Shown piece by piece: positions 1 to 10,874 of a stretch of DNA of 64,000 nt. A program made the translations under genes and the position numbers. The first letter of the stretch is position 1. Every line of letters starts with the position of its first letter. The DNA is taken from positions 1 through 64,000 of the forward strand of contig JBFMAY010000008.1 in the NCBI GenBank assembly GCA_040755455.1. The letters run 5' to 3'. This DNA comes from Thermodesulfobacteriota bacterium (lineage in GTDB: Bacteria; Desulfobacterota; Desulfobulbia; Desulfobulbales; SURF-16). The notes under the pieces were generated by a model. That model was not told the origin of the DNA and did not search any database. It worked only from the letters and a program-made list of their open reading frames with translations.

Positions 1-116
<116 letters not shown>

Positions 117-128
117 TTCTTTTTTTTT

Positions 129-169
129 AGCCCTCATGACCGCTTACGGTTCTGAGGGCTTTTTTTTTT
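129..169 (+). terminator. Rho-independent terminator after 5S rRNA
   Basis: AGCCCTCA...TGAGGGCT stem followed by a long T run. Confidence 0.85.
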
Positions 170-205
170 GCGAAAATTCCTTTGTGTTCTTAACAGAGGG
201 GGCCA

Positions 206-1069
206 TTGGTGTCTGGGGATAAAAACGGTAAATATGGGACGCTGTATGTCGTGGCCACACCAATTGGCAATCTCGAAGATATTACTTTGCGGGCTGTTCG
301 TATTCTCGGTGAGGTCGATCTCATTGCTGCCGAGGACACACGTCATACCCGGAAACTGTTGAGCCATTTGGCTCTCAGCAAGCCGCTTGTCAGTTATTAT
401 AAGGACCGTGAAGCTGTCCGCAGTGAAAAGATCATTGGGGAACTGCTTGCCGGCCGAGATGTGGCGCTTGTTTCCGATGCCGGCACACCCGCCATTTCCG
501 ATCCCGGTGCTGTGCTTGTTGCCCGGTGTCATGAACATTTTATCAACGTCATTGCTGTCCCTGGTCCCTCTGCCTTAACCGCTGCCCTGAGTGTTGCCGG
601 TCTCACCCAATCCTCTTTTATTTTTCTCGGCTTTCTGCCCGCTAAAAAATCCCAGCGTATTAACACATTGACCGCCCATGCCCAGGATGAAGCCGCCATT
701 ATTTTTTATGAATCGCCCAGAAGAGTCTGTGATTCTCTTGCCGACTGCAGAGAGGTTTTCGGGGAAAGAAAGGTTTTCATCGCGCGCGAACTGACGAAAA
801 TTCATGAAGAATTATTATCAGGAATCCTTGCCGAGGTTATTCGTACACTGGAAGAAAGAAGCCAGATCAAGGGTGAGTTTGTCGTGATCGTTTTCCCTGA
901 TCACTCGTTACAACCTGCCGCCCCAGCGGATTTACAGGAGCTTCTGAGCTGGTACCGGGACAACTCCGGTCTAAGCATGAAGGACTCAGTAAAAAAAATT
1001 GCCAGGGATCTAAATCTCTCGCGATCTCTGATATATGAAAAAGCCCTGCATGTTTGGGCTAAGAAGTGA
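206..1069 (+). CDS. rsmI: 16S rRNA (cytidine1402-2'-O)-methyltransferase
   Basis: GTLYVVATPIGNLEDIT, AAEDTR, VSDAGTP.ISDPG, FYESP.R, ARELTK.HE motifs; start could be the GTG at 209. Confidence 0.95.
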   Translation: MVSGDKNGKYGTLYVVATPIGNLEDITLRAVRILGEVDLIAAEDTRHTRKLLSHLALSKPLVSYYKDREAVRSEKIIGELLAGRDVALVSDAGTPAISDPGAVLVARCHEHFINVIAVPGPSALTAALSVAGLTQSSFIFLGFLPAKKSQRINTLTAHAQDEAAIIFYESPRRVCDSLADCREVFGERKVFIARELTKIHEELLSGILAEVIRTLEERSQIKGEFVVIVFPDHSLQPAAPADLQELLSWYRDNSGLSMKDSVKKIARDLNLSRSLIYEKALHVWAKK

Positions 1070-1339
1070 TTGGCGAGGGTTGGTTTTAGCGTTTTTTTCC
1101 TTCTTTGATTCAGCGTGTAATTCCCTTGTTTTTACGTGTAAAATGAGCTACTTTTTCCTAATATAATGAGAATTGTTAGAATGGCTTGATGAGTGCCTTG
1201 CAGGCTTCCTTGATGGGTTTGACAATAATCTCTCGTCAGTGTGTGCGCTAACGGCAAGGCCATAATAAGCTGCCCCTGCGACCCCATGCTGTTTTTTGAG
1301 AGCGTCCACTTTCTATTTCCAGGTGAATTGTGTTCTACC

Positions 1340-1939
1340 GTGAAAAAAGTTCAAGATTATTATTTTAAAAAGGCAAAGCAGGAGAACTACCCTGCCCGTT
1401 CCATCTATAAACTTGAGGAGGCCCAGCAAAAACATCAGTTCATAAAACCAGGGGATAAGGTTCTTGATCTTGGTTGTCATCCGGGCAGCTGGTCTCTTTA
1501 TGCAGCTAAAATTTGCGGTATTAATGGTTTTGTTCTGGGGGTGGACCTGCAGAAAAGTAACATCGTTCCAGTGTCCGGCAGTGCCCGGATTGAATTAAGC
1601 TGTGCGGATATTTTTGAGCCGGCTTTCATAACCTTTTTATCAGGTAAAATTCCATTTCAGGTTGTTGTCAGTGATCTGGCGCCAAAAACGACAGGCCACA
1701 AGTTTTCTGACCATTTGAAATCAATAGAATTATCCCGGCGTGCCCTGGCCATTGCCTGCCAGTCCCTTTGCCGGGGGGGACATTTTTACTGCAAAGTTTT
1801 TCAGGGGGAGGATTTCCCGGACTTTGTCAATGAGGTTCGTCATTATTTTAAAAAGACCAAAATTGTCAAACCGAAAAGTTCCCGGGTTGAGAGTCGCGAG
1901 GTTTTTGTGCTGGGTTTGGAATTTAAAGGGGAGGAGTAA
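1340..1939 (+). CDS. rlmE: 23S rRNA Um2552 methyltransferase (FtsJ/RrmJ)
   Basis: DYYFKKAKQENYPARSIYKL, VLDLGCHPGSW, SDLAP, KVFQG, KP.SSR.ES.E; start moved to the in-frame GTG at 1340. Confidence 0.92.
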   Translation: MKKVQDYYFKKAKQENYPARSIYKLEEAQQKHQFIKPGDKVLDLGCHPGSWSLYAAKICGINGFVLGVDLQKSNIVPVSGSARIELSCADIFEPAFITFLSGKIPFQVVVSDLAPKTTGHKFSDHLKSIELSRRALAIACQSLCRGGHFYCKVFQGEDFPDFVNEVRHYFKKTKIVKPKSSRVESREVFVLGLEFKGEE

Positions 1940-2039
1940 AATTTTTGGTTCAAATATACACTAACTATGATTGTGCCGCCTGAATGGGGTTTCCCCTAAT
2001 TCAGGTATTATCTATTGAATAATTGGAGGTTTTCTTTAT

Positions 2040-2789
2040 ATGTCCGGACATTCGAAGTGGGCCAATATCAAAAGAAGGAAAGGGGCCGTTGATGCCAAAC
2101 GCGGGAAAATATTTACCCGACTGATCAAGGAGATCACCGTGGCGGCTCGGCTCGGCGGCGGGGACCCCTTGGGCAATCCCAGGCTGCGCAGTGCCATTGC
2201 CACGGCCAAGACGGTCAATATGCCCAAGGATAATATTGAGCGTGCCATCAAAAAGGGCACTGGCGAGCTTGAAGGCGCGATCTATGAGGAAATCACCTAC
2301 GAAGGGTATGGTCCCGGCGGGGTTGCCATTCTGGTCGAGTGCATGACTGACAATAAGAATCGCACTGTCGGTGAAGTCCGTCCCGCTTTTACCAAGAGCG
2401 GCGGCAATCTCGGCGAGTTCGGCTGCGTTTCCTATATGTTTGATAAAAAAGGCCTGATGCTGGTTGATAAAAAAACCATTGATGAAGAGAAATTGATGGA
2501 GCTGGCCCTGGAGGCGGGGGCCGATGATGTGGTGGAGGAGGAGGCGGAGTTTCAGGTAACCACCGCACCTGAAGAATTTGCTGCGGTGCGGGAACGGCTG
2601 GAGTCGCAAGGAATTGTCTTTTTAGATGCCTCCCTTTCCATGATTCCCCAGAATGTGGTTGAAATTAACGATGCAGGTGTTGCCAAGCGTTTGATGAAGC
2701 TCATGGAAACCCTGGAAGACTGCGATGATGTGCAGAACGTCCATGCCAACTTTGATATACCTGATGAAATCATGGAGAAAATCTCCTAA
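2040..2789 (+). CDS. yebC: YebC/PmpR family protein
   Basis: [27 protein letters not shown] motifs; lies upstream of ruvC. Confidence 0.95.
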   Translation: MSGHSKWANIKRRKGAVDAKRGKIFTRLIKEITVAARLGGGDPLGNPRLRSAIATAKTVNMPKDNIERAIKKGTGELEGAIYEEITYEGYGPGGVAILVECMTDNKNRTVGEVRPAFTKSGGNLGEFGCVSYMFDKKGLMLVDKKTIDEEKLMELALEAGADDVVEEEAEFQVTTAPEEFAAVRERLESQGIVFLDASLSMIPQNVVEINDAGVAKRLMKLMETLEDCDDVQNVHANFDIPDEIMEKIS

Positions 2790-3299
2790 GTGGCGCAATC
2801 GATTCGCATCCTGGGTATTGATCCCGGATCCCGGGCCACGGGTTTTGGCATTGTTGAACAGCATGGCTTTGACTTGAATTTTGTCGCCTGCGGGGTGGTC
2901 AAATCAACGCCGACCCTTGCCATGGGGGAAAGGCTCAAGGAGATTTACCAAGGGATCTGCGCGGTCATCGGCAAGCATGACCCGCAGCATGCCGCCATTG
3001 AACAAGTCTTTGTGGCGAAAAATCCCAGTTCCGCCCTCAAGCTTGGCCAGACACGAGGCGTTCTTCTTCTTGCGGTAAGCCAATTCGCTCTTCCACTGCA
3101 GGAATTTTCGCCTAAGGCTGTGAAGCAGGCGGTAGTCGGCTATGGCCAGGCCGGCAAGGACCAGATGCAACAGGCGATCAGAGCGTTGTTGAAATTATCG
3201 GCCACGCCAAGCCCTGATGCCGCCGATGCCCTGGCGGTCGCCATGTGTTGCGCCAATCATCTGGCCGTATCTCGGGCGGCGGACAGGAAGAAATCATGA
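2790..3299 (+). CDS. ruvC: Holliday junction resolvase
   Basis: ILGIDPGS...G.G, E.VF, KLGQ.RG, DAADALAVA.C. Confidence 0.95.
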   Translation: MAQSIRILGIDPGSRATGFGIVEQHGFDLNFVACGVVKSTPTLAMGERLKEIYQGICAVIGKHDPQHAAIEQVFVAKNPSSALKLGQTRGVLLLAVSQFALPLQEFSPKAVKQAVVGYGQAGKDQMQQAIRALLKLSATPSPDAADALAVAMCCANHLAVSRAADRKKS

Positions 3300-3904
3300 T
3301 TGCCTGTATCAGGGGTGAACTCTTTTATAAGTCGGAGCAAAGGCTGATTGTCATGGCCGGCGGGGTTGGCTACGAGGTCTTTGCCACTGCCGGCTGCCTC
3401 AACGCCTTGCCGGAAACCGGCCATCAGGTGCTGATTCATGTTCATACCCATGTGCGGGAAGATGCCTTGATGCTATATGGTTTTGCCGATGAAGCTGAAA
3501 AGGAGATCTTTCTTCTGCTGATCAGCGTTTCCGGCATAGGTCCCAAGCTTGCACTGACCATTCTTTCCGGCATTTCCCCGGCCGAACTTGCGGCAGCCAT
3601 CCGTAATGAAGCCATTGCCCGGCTCGTTCAGCTGTCGGGGGTGGGGAAAAAAACAGCCGAACGCCTCTGTCTGGAGTTGAAAGACAAGGTGCAGTGGGTC
3701 CCCACATTGCAGGAGCCCCGTCGTGGGGTTGTGGCATCCCGGCAGGATGAACTCCTGCTTGATACGGTTTCGGCCCTGGTGAATCTCGGTTATCCCCAGA
3801 ACAATGCCGAGGAAGCGGTGCGCAGGGTGATGGCCGATGCGGATGATCCCGCTGCCCTCACCCTGGAAAGAATGGTCAGACAGGCATTGAGGTTGCTGGC
3901 GTGA
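3296..3904 (+). CDS. ruvA: Holliday junction branch migration protein
   Basis: [42 protein letters not shown] at 3296 overlaps the ruvC stop. Confidence 0.95.
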   Translation: MIACIRGELFYKSEQRLIVMAGGVGYEVFATAGCLNALPETGHQVLIHVHTHVREDALMLYGFADEAEKEIFLLLISVSGIGPKLALTILSGISPAELAAAIRNEAIARLVQLSGVGKKTAERLCLELKDKVQWVPTLQEPRRGVVASRQDELLLDTVSALVNLGYPQNNAEEAVRRVMADADDPAALTLERMVRQALRLLA

Positions 3905-4950
3905 ATTACGAGGAAAGAATTGTCAGTACCAGAAGCGTCGCTCCCCAGGAGGAACAGGAGGAGAGAAGTCTCCGCCCCAAAAGATTATCCCAGTACATCG
4001 GCCAGGAGCAGGTTAAGGCCAATCTCGAGATCAGTCTCAGGGCGGCGCAGGCCCGCGGCGAGGCGCTGGATCATGTTCTTTTTCATGGTTTTCCCGGCCT
4101 TGGCAAAACAACCCTTGCCTACATAATCGCCAATGAGATGGAAGCAAATATCAAGGTGACTTCCGGCCCGGTGATTGAGAGACCGGGTGATCTTGCCGCC
4201 ATTCTCACCAGTCTGCATGAGGGGGATGTTCTGTTTATTGATGAGATTCACCGCCTGAACCATGTGGTCGAGGAGATTCTTTATCCGGCCATGGAGGATT
4301 TTCAGCTTGATCTTCTCATCGGCCAGGGGCCGGGGGCCAAAACAGTAAAAATGGATCTCCCTCCTTTCACCCTGGTCGGGGCAACGACCAGAACCGGTCT
4401 GCTGACTCCGCCGCTGCGGGATCGGTTCGGGGTAGTTCTTCGCCTCGATTTCTACTCACCTGAAGAGCTTGTCGCCATTATCAAGAGGTCCGCCGCGCTG
4501 CTTGGCATTGCCATCGATGAAGCAGGTGCGCTGGAAATGGGGCGGCGATCACGGGGCACGCCCCGCATCGCCAACCGGCTGCTGAAAAGGGTGCGGGACT
4601 TTGCCCAGGTGAAGGCTGATGGCCATATCACCGCCGCAGTTGCTGATGCGGCCTTGACCATGCTTGCCGTTGACAAAGAGGGGCTTGATGAAATGGACCG
4701 GCGCATTCTGCTGGCGCTGATCGACAAGTTCCAGGGCGGCCCGGTTGGTCTTGATACCATGGCCACCGTCGTCTGTGAGGAAAAGAACACCCTGGAAGAT
4801 GTCTATGAGCCCTTTTTGATCCAGTCCGGTTTTTTGATGCGTACCCCCCGGGGCAGGGTGGCCACCCTGGCAGCCTATGAACATTTCGGCCGGGCGAGGG
4901 AGTTTTGCCGTCAGAGGGATATCAGCGAGTTCATCGGTTCCTTGAAGTAG
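3901..4950 (+). CDS. ruvB: Holliday junction branch migration helicase
   Basis: [43 protein letters not shown]. Confidence 0.97.
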   Translation: MNYEERIVSTRSVAPQEEQEERSLRPKRLSQYIGQEQVKANLEISLRAAQARGEALDHVLFHGFPGLGKTTLAYIIANEMEANIKVTSGPVIERPGDLAAILTSLHEGDVLFIDEIHRLNHVVEEILYPAMEDFQLDLLIGQGPGAKTVKMDLPPFTLVGATTRTGLLTPPLRDRFGVVLRLDFYSPEELVAIIKRSAALLGIAIDEAGALEMGRRSRGTPRIANRLLKRVRDFAQVKADGHITAAVADAALTMLAVDKEGLDEMDRRILLALIDKFQGGPVGLDTMATVVCEEKNTLEDVYEPFLIQSGFLMRTPRGRVATLAAYEHFGRAREFCRQRDISEFIGSLK

Positions 4951-5056
4951 GCGGGCCAGGCAGGAAACTTTTTATTATTTTTCTTTGTTGTCCCGGTGAC
5001 CTTGAGCTAATATAAAATTTAGTGTTTCCCCTCGTTTACTTAAGGATTGAGGAGCC

Positions 5057-5887
5057 ATGAAGAAATTAACCATCCCGGATATACTGAAACGCAAGGGCGG
5101 GGAAAAGCTGACCGTGCTCACAGCTTATGATGCCAGTTTTGCCCGTCTGCTCGATGCCGTCGGCATCGATATGCTCCTGGTGGGCGATTCGCTGGGCATG
5201 GTGTTGTTGGGTTATGAATCCACCGTGCCGGTTACCATGGAGGAGATGCTCCATCATGCCCGTGCTGTCCGCCGCGGCTCCTCGGCCTTTGTGGTGGCTG
5301 ACATGCCCTTTCTCTCATATCAGATAAGTACCGAGGATGCCGTGAGAAATGCCGGCCGTTTCTACAAGGAGGCCGGCAGCGATGCCGTCAAGCTTGAGGG
5401 AGGAACCGAGGTGTGTGCTGCCGTACGGGCCATAGTCGGAGCCGGCATGGCGGTGATGGGCCATATCGGCCTGACACCGCAGACGGCCAGTAATCTTGGC
5501 GGCTACAAGGTGCAGGGCAAGGATGCGGCGTCGGCCCGCAAGCTCCTGGCTGACGCCAAGGCCCTGGAAGAGGCTGGAGTGTTCGCCATGGTTATGGAAT
5601 GCATTCCCGATCGGCTGGCGCAAGTAATCACCGAAAGCGTGTCGGTGCCCACCATCGGTATCGGCGCCGGGGCCGGTTGTGACGGCCAGGTGCTGGTAAC
5701 CCATGATCTGCTGGGTATGTTCGACAAGTTTGTGCCGCGCTTTGTCAAGGGTTATGCCAGTCTGGCGCCGCAGATCAAGAGCGCCGTGGCAGCCTTCAGC
5801 GATGAGGTGAAATCCGGCAGCTATCCTGATGCGCAACATAGTTTTTCCATGCAGCTTGATGTGGACAAGCTTTTCAGCGAAGAGTGA
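5057..5887 (+). CDS. panB: 3-methyl-2-oxobutanoate hydroxymethyltransferase
   Basis: LTAYDA, LVGDSLGM, ADMPF.SY, VKLEGG, GHIGLTPQ, TIGIGAG..CDGQVLV. Confidence 0.97.
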   Translation: MKKLTIPDILKRKGGEKLTVLTAYDASFARLLDAVGIDMLLVGDSLGMVLLGYESTVPVTMEEMLHHARAVRRGSSAFVVADMPFLSYQISTEDAVRNAGRFYKEAGSDAVKLEGGTEVCAAVRAIVGAGMAVMGHIGLTPQTASNLGGYKVQGKDAASARKLLADAKALEEAGVFAMVMECIPDRLAQVITESVSVPTIGIGAGAGCDGQVLVTHDLLGMFDKFVPRFVKGYASLAPQIKSAVAAFSDEVKSGSYPDAQHSFSMQLDVDKLFSEE

Positions 5888-5947
5888 TCATATAAGAGCT
5901 GAAAAAGCCAGATTAATAAAGAAGCTCCTGAACCATAGGAACAGACA

Positions 5948-6547
5948 ATGGAAGATAGATATCCCGAGGACAATGACCGGCGTCAAGCTGTGCGCGTAAC
6001 TGGACGCAATCTCTTTTATTTTCAATCTGTTTCCCCTGAAAGGTTTGCCGCTATCCTCAAGGATTTCGAGGCGGGCATTGCCCCATATAACCAAGAGGGG
6101 CTTTCGGATATCCAGATGTTCATCGGTGCGCAAAGCGCTCTGGTGCGCATCAGGGAGCGGGATTCTGATTTAGGGGATTTTCTTTCCTACCTTGATACAA
6201 AAATCAATGTTATTCTCAAGAAAACCGCAGCCAGTAAAACGATTTTTGACCGGCTTTCCCTGTATGAATTGAATCTGAGCGGCAGGGGGGTGTCATTTAT
6301 TTCTGATCGTAAGGTTGCAGTGGATGACATACTTGAATTCCATATCACCCTGCTGCCAACATATATCTACGTGTATTGTTTCGGCAAGGTTATTTCATGC
6401 AAGGAATTGCCGCCGCAAGAGGAAAAAATTTTCTATAAGGTGGCAGCGGAGTTTGTTCTCATCATGGAGGATGATCAGGAAAAACTGATCCAGCACAACT
6501 TCAAACAGCAGAGTCAGGCGTTGCGCAACCGGAGAATGAAAGGTTGA
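5948..6547 (+). CDS. PilZ domain protein (putative c-di-GMP receptor)
   Basis: RRQAVR (RxxxR) and NLSGRG (D/NxSxxG) motifs; C-terminal strand pattern FGKVI...VAAEF. Confidence 0.7.
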   Translation: MEDRYPEDNDRRQAVRVTGRNLFYFQSVSPERFAAILKDFEAGIAPYNQEGLSDIQMFIGAQSALVRIRERDSDLGDFLSYLDTKINVILKKTAASKTIFDRLSLYELNLSGRGVSFISDRKVAVDDILEFHITLLPTYIYVYCFGKVISCKELPPQEEKIFYKVAAEFVLIMEDDQEKLIQHNFKQQSQALRNRRMKG

Positions 6548-6616
6548 CGTCATCAGCCGCGCATTGCCGCAACCGCTTCTCACAGCACCAGCAGGGAAAA
6601 AAGTTCAGGTATCATT

Positions 6617-7453
6617 ATGCGTGAAATTGAGGCTGCGCGGATAACAGCGGCCGTTAAACAGATTACCATGGAAGCAGGTGTCCGCCTTGAGCCCGATATC
6701 CTTGACGGATTGGTGAAAGCCAGAGCCAGGGAGACCTCCGGGCTGGCAAAAAATATCCTTGATCTTTTGCTGGCCAATGCCGGTATTGCCGATCAGGAGA
6801 ATATTCCGGTCTGCCAGGATACCGGGGTGGCTGTGGTTTTTATTGAGCTGGGGCAGGATGTGCATATAAACGGTGATCTGGAGGAGGCTGTTCAGCTGGG
6901 CATCCAGGCCGGTTACGCGGAGGGCTATCTGCGGAAATCGGTGTGCGATCCCATCACCCGGGTCAATACCGGCACCAATACCCCGGCGGTGATCCATACA
7001 GAGCTTGTCCCGGGTGAGCAGATGAAGATCAGCATGCTGCCCAAGGGCTGCGGCAGTGAAAACATGAGCGGCCTCACCATGTTACCGCCCTCTGCCGGGC
7101 TCGCGGGCATGAAGGATTTTGTCGTCCGCCAGGTGGTCAATGCCGGGCCTAATCCCTGCCCGCCCCTGCTGGTGGGCGTCGGCATGGGGGGCACCTTTGA
7201 AAAGGCCGCCCTGCTCGCCAAAAAAGCCTTGATCCGGCCTCTGGGTGCAGCAAACCCCCGTCAGGACGTCGCCGCCCTTGAGGAGGAGATTTTAACGAGG
7301 ATTAATGAACAGGGCCAGGGGGTACAGGGCTTGGGCGGCAACAATACCGCCCTTGCCGTGCATATTGACCTGTTCCCTTCCCATATTGCCAGTTTGCCGG
7401 TGGCGGTCAATATTCAGTGCCATGCCCATCGCCATAAGGAGATCGTTCTCTGA
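6617..7453 (+). CDS. Class I Fe-S fumarate/tartrate hydratase, alpha subunit
   Basis: P.CQDTG, N.NTPA, PKG.GSEN, PCPP...GVG.GG, HIASLPVAVNIQCHA. Confidence 0.92.
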   Translation: MREIEAARITAAVKQITMEAGVRLEPDILDGLVKARARETSGLAKNILDLLLANAGIADQENIPVCQDTGVAVVFIELGQDVHINGDLEEAVQLGIQAGYAEGYLRKSVCDPITRVNTGTNTPAVIHTELVPGEQMKISMLPKGCGSENMSGLTMLPPSAGLAGMKDFVVRQVVNAGPNPCPPLLVGVGMGGTFEKAALLAKKALIRPLGAANPRQDVAALEEEILTRINEQGQGVQGLGGNNTALAVHIDLFPSHIASLPVAVNIQCHAHRHKEIVL

Positions 7454-8043
7454 TGTCTCTTGTCTCTAACACCCCCGCCATGCTGGATCATCTGCGGGAA
7501 ATAGAAATTCCCTTTGCCGCAGGAGTAGTGGAGTCTCTGCAGGCCGGGGAGCTGATCAGCCTCAGCGGGACCCTTTTTACCGGCCGTGACCAGACCCACC
7601 GGCGGATGACGGCCTTGCTTGATGAGGGGGCCGAGCTGCCGGTCGACCTGGCCGGACAGCTCCTTTATTATGTGGGGCCCAGTCCGGCGCGTCCCGGCCA
7701 GGTCATCGGCGCCGCGGGTCCGACGACAAGCTACAGGATGGATGTCTATACCCCGCGCCTGCTTGAGCTGGGGCTCAAGGCCACCATGGGCAAGGGTGCC
7801 CGTTCCCTGCCCGTCCGCGAGGCCATGGTGCGCAACAAGGCCATCTATCTGGCGGCATTCGGCGGGGCCGGGGCCTTATTGTCAAAATGCATTGTCGCCG
7901 CAGAGGTTGTGGCCTTTGCCGATGCCGGGCCTGAGGCGTTATTTAAGTTTATTGTCGAAAGATTCCCGGCCGTGGTGATTAATGATGTGCACGGCCGGGA
8001 TTATTATGAGATGGTCAAGGCGGACAGGGATCTTTCCCGTTAA
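7453..8043 (+). CDS. Class I Fe-S fumarate/tartrate hydratase, beta subunit
   Basis: L.AG....LSG...T.RD..H, YYVGP.P, GPTTS.RM, GKG, GGAGA; coupled to the alpha subunit. Confidence 0.92.
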   Translation: MSLVSNTPAMLDHLREIEIPFAAGVVESLQAGELISLSGTLFTGRDQTHRRMTALLDEGAELPVDLAGQLLYYVGPSPARPGQVIGAAGPTTSYRMDVYTPRLLELGLKATMGKGARSLPVREAMVRNKAIYLAAFGGAGALLSKCIVAAEVVAFADAGPEALFKFIVERFPAVVINDVHGRDYYEMVKADRDLSR

Positions 8044-8059
8044 TCGCCTGCCATAAAGA

Positions 8060-9430
8060 TCAACGGGTAAGGTCCATCTTACCGAAAACCACCAGTCCCT
8101 TGAGCAGCATCAGTGCCTGATTGAGCTGGTTGTCGCTGGCGATGTCCTCCGGTTTCTTCGGTTCCTCAGGCATTGCGCCTGTATCCTCCTGCTGCGGCGG
8201 GACGGCTTCCTCTTCCTTCTGCATTGTTTCCTCGTCGTCCTTGCCGTTTTTGATGTGGTGCTTCAGGTCTTTTTCCCGGAGGAAGTTTATTTTTTTCTTG
8301 TCCTTGACCTCCTGCTGGGCGGGGACTTCGGTCGGAACGACAATGTCCGGCGTGATACCCGTGGCCTGGATTGACCGGTCATTGGGCGTATAGTAGCGTG
8401 CCGTGGTCAGCCTCAGGCCTGCCCCGTTATCCATGGGAATGATTGTCTGCACTGATCCCTTGCCGAAAGTCTGGGCGCCGAGGATGAGGGCCCGTTTATG
8501 ATCCTGCAGGGCGCCGGCAACAATCTCCGATGCGCTGGCGCTGCCTTCATTAACCAGGGCAATGATGGGAAAGGTGTATTTCTCGCCGTTGTTGCTGGCC
8601 TTGAATTCCATGTTCTGCTCTTTGAGGCGGCCCTTGGTGGAGACGATCATACCCTGATCAATAAAGATATCGGAAATCTTAACCGCCTGGTCGAGAAGCC
8701 CACCCGGGTTGTTGCGCATATCAATGATCAGGCCGGTCAGCGGGCTTTCCTTCTGCAGGGTGCCTAGTGCATCCTTGAACTCTTTGGTGGTGTTGGCCTG
8801 GAAGCTGCGGATGCGGACATAGCCGTAGCCGGGCTCAAGCATTTTCGACGTGACACTGATGAGCGGAATGACATTACGAACCATGGTGATGTCTTTGAGC
8901 TCGGTAAGCCCTTCCCGGAAAATTGAGATGGTCACTTCCGTGCCCTGGGGACCGCGCAGTTTCTTTACCGCCTCCATCAGGCTCATATCCTGGGTGGATT
9001 CGCCGTCGATTTTCAAAATCTTATCCCCTGATAGCACCCCCTTATCAAAGGCGGGAGTTCCCTCAATGGGTGAGACAACGGTGAGTACCCCGTCCTTCAT
9101 GGTTATCTCAATGCCGATGCCGGAGAAACTGCCCTTGGTCTCAATCTTCAGTTCCTGAAAATCGTCAGGTTTCATGTAGGAGGAATGGGGGTCAAGGGTG
9201 GCGAGCATCCCTTTGATTGCGCCCTCAAGAACCTTGTTGGCATCAATTTCTTCAACGTAATTTTTTTCCACCAGACTTAAAACATTCGAGAATGATTCAA
9301 GGTTTTTATATATGTCCTCGGTCTTTGCCTCCACCCGGGAATTACGTTCCCAGAAAAGGAGAGTGAATACAGGAAGACAGATGAGCACGATGACAAGGAT
9401 TCTTTTGGCGATGGGGCTTTGTTTTTTCAT
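8060..9430 (-). CDS. ctpA: S41 family carboxyl-terminal processing protease
   Basis: LDPHS, PDZ-like GIGIEI, DMRNNPGGLL, SASASEI, TFGKGSVQ, LTTARYYTP. Confidence 0.93.
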   Translation of the reverse strand: MKKQSPIAKRILVIVLICLPVFTLLFWERNSRVEAKTEDIYKNLESFSNVLSLVEKNYVEEIDANKVLEGAIKGMLATLDPHSSYMKPDDFQELKIETKGSFSGIGIEITMKDGVLTVVSPIEGTPAFDKGVLSGDKILKIDGESTQDMSLMEAVKKLRGPQGTEVTISIFREGLTELKDITMVRNVIPLISVTSKMLEPGYGYVRIRSFQANTTKEFKDALGTLQKESPLTGLIIDMRNNPGGLLDQAVKISDIFIDQGMIVSTKGRLKEQNMEFKASNNGEKYTFPIIALVNEGSASASEIVAGALQDHKRALILGAQTFGKGSVQTIIPMDNGAGLRLTTARYYTPNDRSIQATGITPDIVVPTEVPAQQEVKDKKKINFLREKDLKHHIKNGKDDEETMQKEEEAVPPQQEDTGAMPEEPKKPEDIASDNQLNQALMLLKGLVVFGKMDLTR

Positions 9431-9573
9431 GGGTTTTCCGATATGGGAAATTAAAATGTTAATGGAAGCGTTCGATGATCAGGTCAACTTATTTAATCTA
9501 GCATGTTGGCATCTTTCAGACAATGTCAAACAGGTCTAAAAATTAATCAATTTTCTATGATTGCAGCACGTTG

Positions 9574-10854
9574 TCATTTTTTAACCGTCACTTGCGACGG
9601 TTCCAGCCATTCCAGGGGATTTTGTGCCTCGGTATTATGTCGGACTTCGAAATGCAGGCCTTCCTGCAGCAGGCCGGTGTGGAGACTGGTGACACCGATT
9701 TTTTCATGCTGTTTTACCATGTCGCCGACCTTTCTCAGGATCTCACCCACACCGCTAACCAGTGAATAGTAATGGTTGCCGTGGTCCAGGATAATGAGTT
9801 TGCCGTAACCGCGCAAGGTGCCAGCATAGACGACTTTACCGTCATGAACAGCTATAATATCACTTCCTGGAGCAGATTCAATATTAATTCCATTGGCAAA
9901 GGTGCTCACTCCATAGGTTTTATCCGTATGGGTGCCGAACTGCTGCACGATGGAGCCGGCAACAGGCGGGGGCAGCTTCCCCTTTTCACTGGCAAAGCCG
10001 CGGGCCGAGGCTGGTTTTCTCTTTTTAAAGGGTTTCAGCGGGGCGTCTTGGACGAGTTGCTGCTCTCTTTCAACCTTGGCCTCAGTCGCCTTCTCTTCCA
10101 GGATATTCAGGGTTGCCGTGAGTTGTTTGGCCGCACCTTCCAGTTCCTTGATCGCCTGCTGGTACAGTTTACTTTCCGTTTTCACCCTCTGCAGAAGTTC
10201 CTGTCGCTCCTGCTGGGTTTGCGTGAGTATTTCCTGCTGTTGCATCACCTCTGCGGCGGCCTGGTCGAGGCGAATTTTTTCCTGTTCATGGTCTTTTTTC
10301 GCCTCCTCAAGCTCATGCATTTTGTTTTTGAAATCATTAATCACCTGCTGGTCATATTTCAGCATCAGCAGAAAATCGTCCCTGAATGACAGCAGGTCGG
10401 CCAGGGAAGACGAGGAAAATATGGCATTCATCATGCCGATATCACCCATCCGGTAATAGGCGCCGAGCCTGTTTTCCATATGCAGCCGGAGAGAATCCTT
10501 TTCCTGGCTCACCTTTTTCATTTCCTTTTCCTTGGCGAGGGTCATTTCATTGTGTCTGGCCATCTGCTCCTGCAGGAAAAGAAGTTTGTCGTTTTCGGAG
10601 GAGATCTGCCGGTCGATTTTGTCAAGCTCGTCCAGCAGGTTCATCTCTTTTTCCTTGGCGGCCGCAACCTTGGTCTGATGGGTAGCAATGCCTGTCTGCA
10701 CCTTTTCTATTTTTTTCCGGTGCTGTAGTACCTCTTTATCGAGTTTTTTAATTTCTTCAAGGTCTGCGGCGCAGACTGGCAGACCAGGCGCAAAGAGAAC
10801 GGCCAACAGCAGCGCACAACAGAACAGGGAGAGATGGTCGTTACGGGTTTTCAT
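9574..10854 (-). CDS. envC: Murein hydrolase activator EnvC (coiled coil plus degenerate M23 domain)
   Basis: Signal peptide, long coiled coil, C-terminal KGKLPPPV.G...G.VVYAG...GYG...I.DHG...LHFEVR; follows ftsX; start set at MKTRN. Confidence 0.85.
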   Translation of the reverse strand: MKTRNDHLSLFCCALLLAVLFAPGLPVCAADLEEIKKLDKEVLQHRKKIEKVQTGIATHQTKVAAAKEKEMNLLDELDKIDRQISSENDKLLFLQEQMARHNEMTLAKEKEMKKVSQEKDSLRLHMENRLGAYYRMGDIGMMNAIFSSSSLADLLSFRDDFLLMLKYDQQVINDFKNKMHELEEAKKDHEQEKIRLDQAAAEVMQQQEILTQTQQERQELLQRVKTESKLYQQAIKELEGAAKQLTATLNILEEKATEAKVEREQQLVQDAPLKPFKKRKPASARGFASEKGKLPPPVAGSIVQQFGTHTDKTYGVSTFANGINIESAPGSDIIAVHDGKVVYAGTLRGYGKLIILDHGNHYYSLVSGVGEILRKVGDMVKQHEKIGVTSLHTGLLQEGLHFEVRHNTEAQNPLEWLEPSQVTVKK

Positions 10855-10874
10855 AATCTTTGCGGGTTGGCTGC

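Noticed and set aside
1241..1339. N-terminal extensions in the ORF track (rlmE, envC, fliI, lspA, fabD, cooC, fliK, TIR gene)
   Set aside because: Upstream in-frame starts overlap neighbours, promoters or REP elements; family similarity begins at the downstream starts used
7375..7400. Fumarase alpha subunit inactivated by PSHIAS in place of PCHIAS
   Set aside because: The three Cys motifs I take to be the cluster ligands (CQDTG, PCPP, QCHA) are intact
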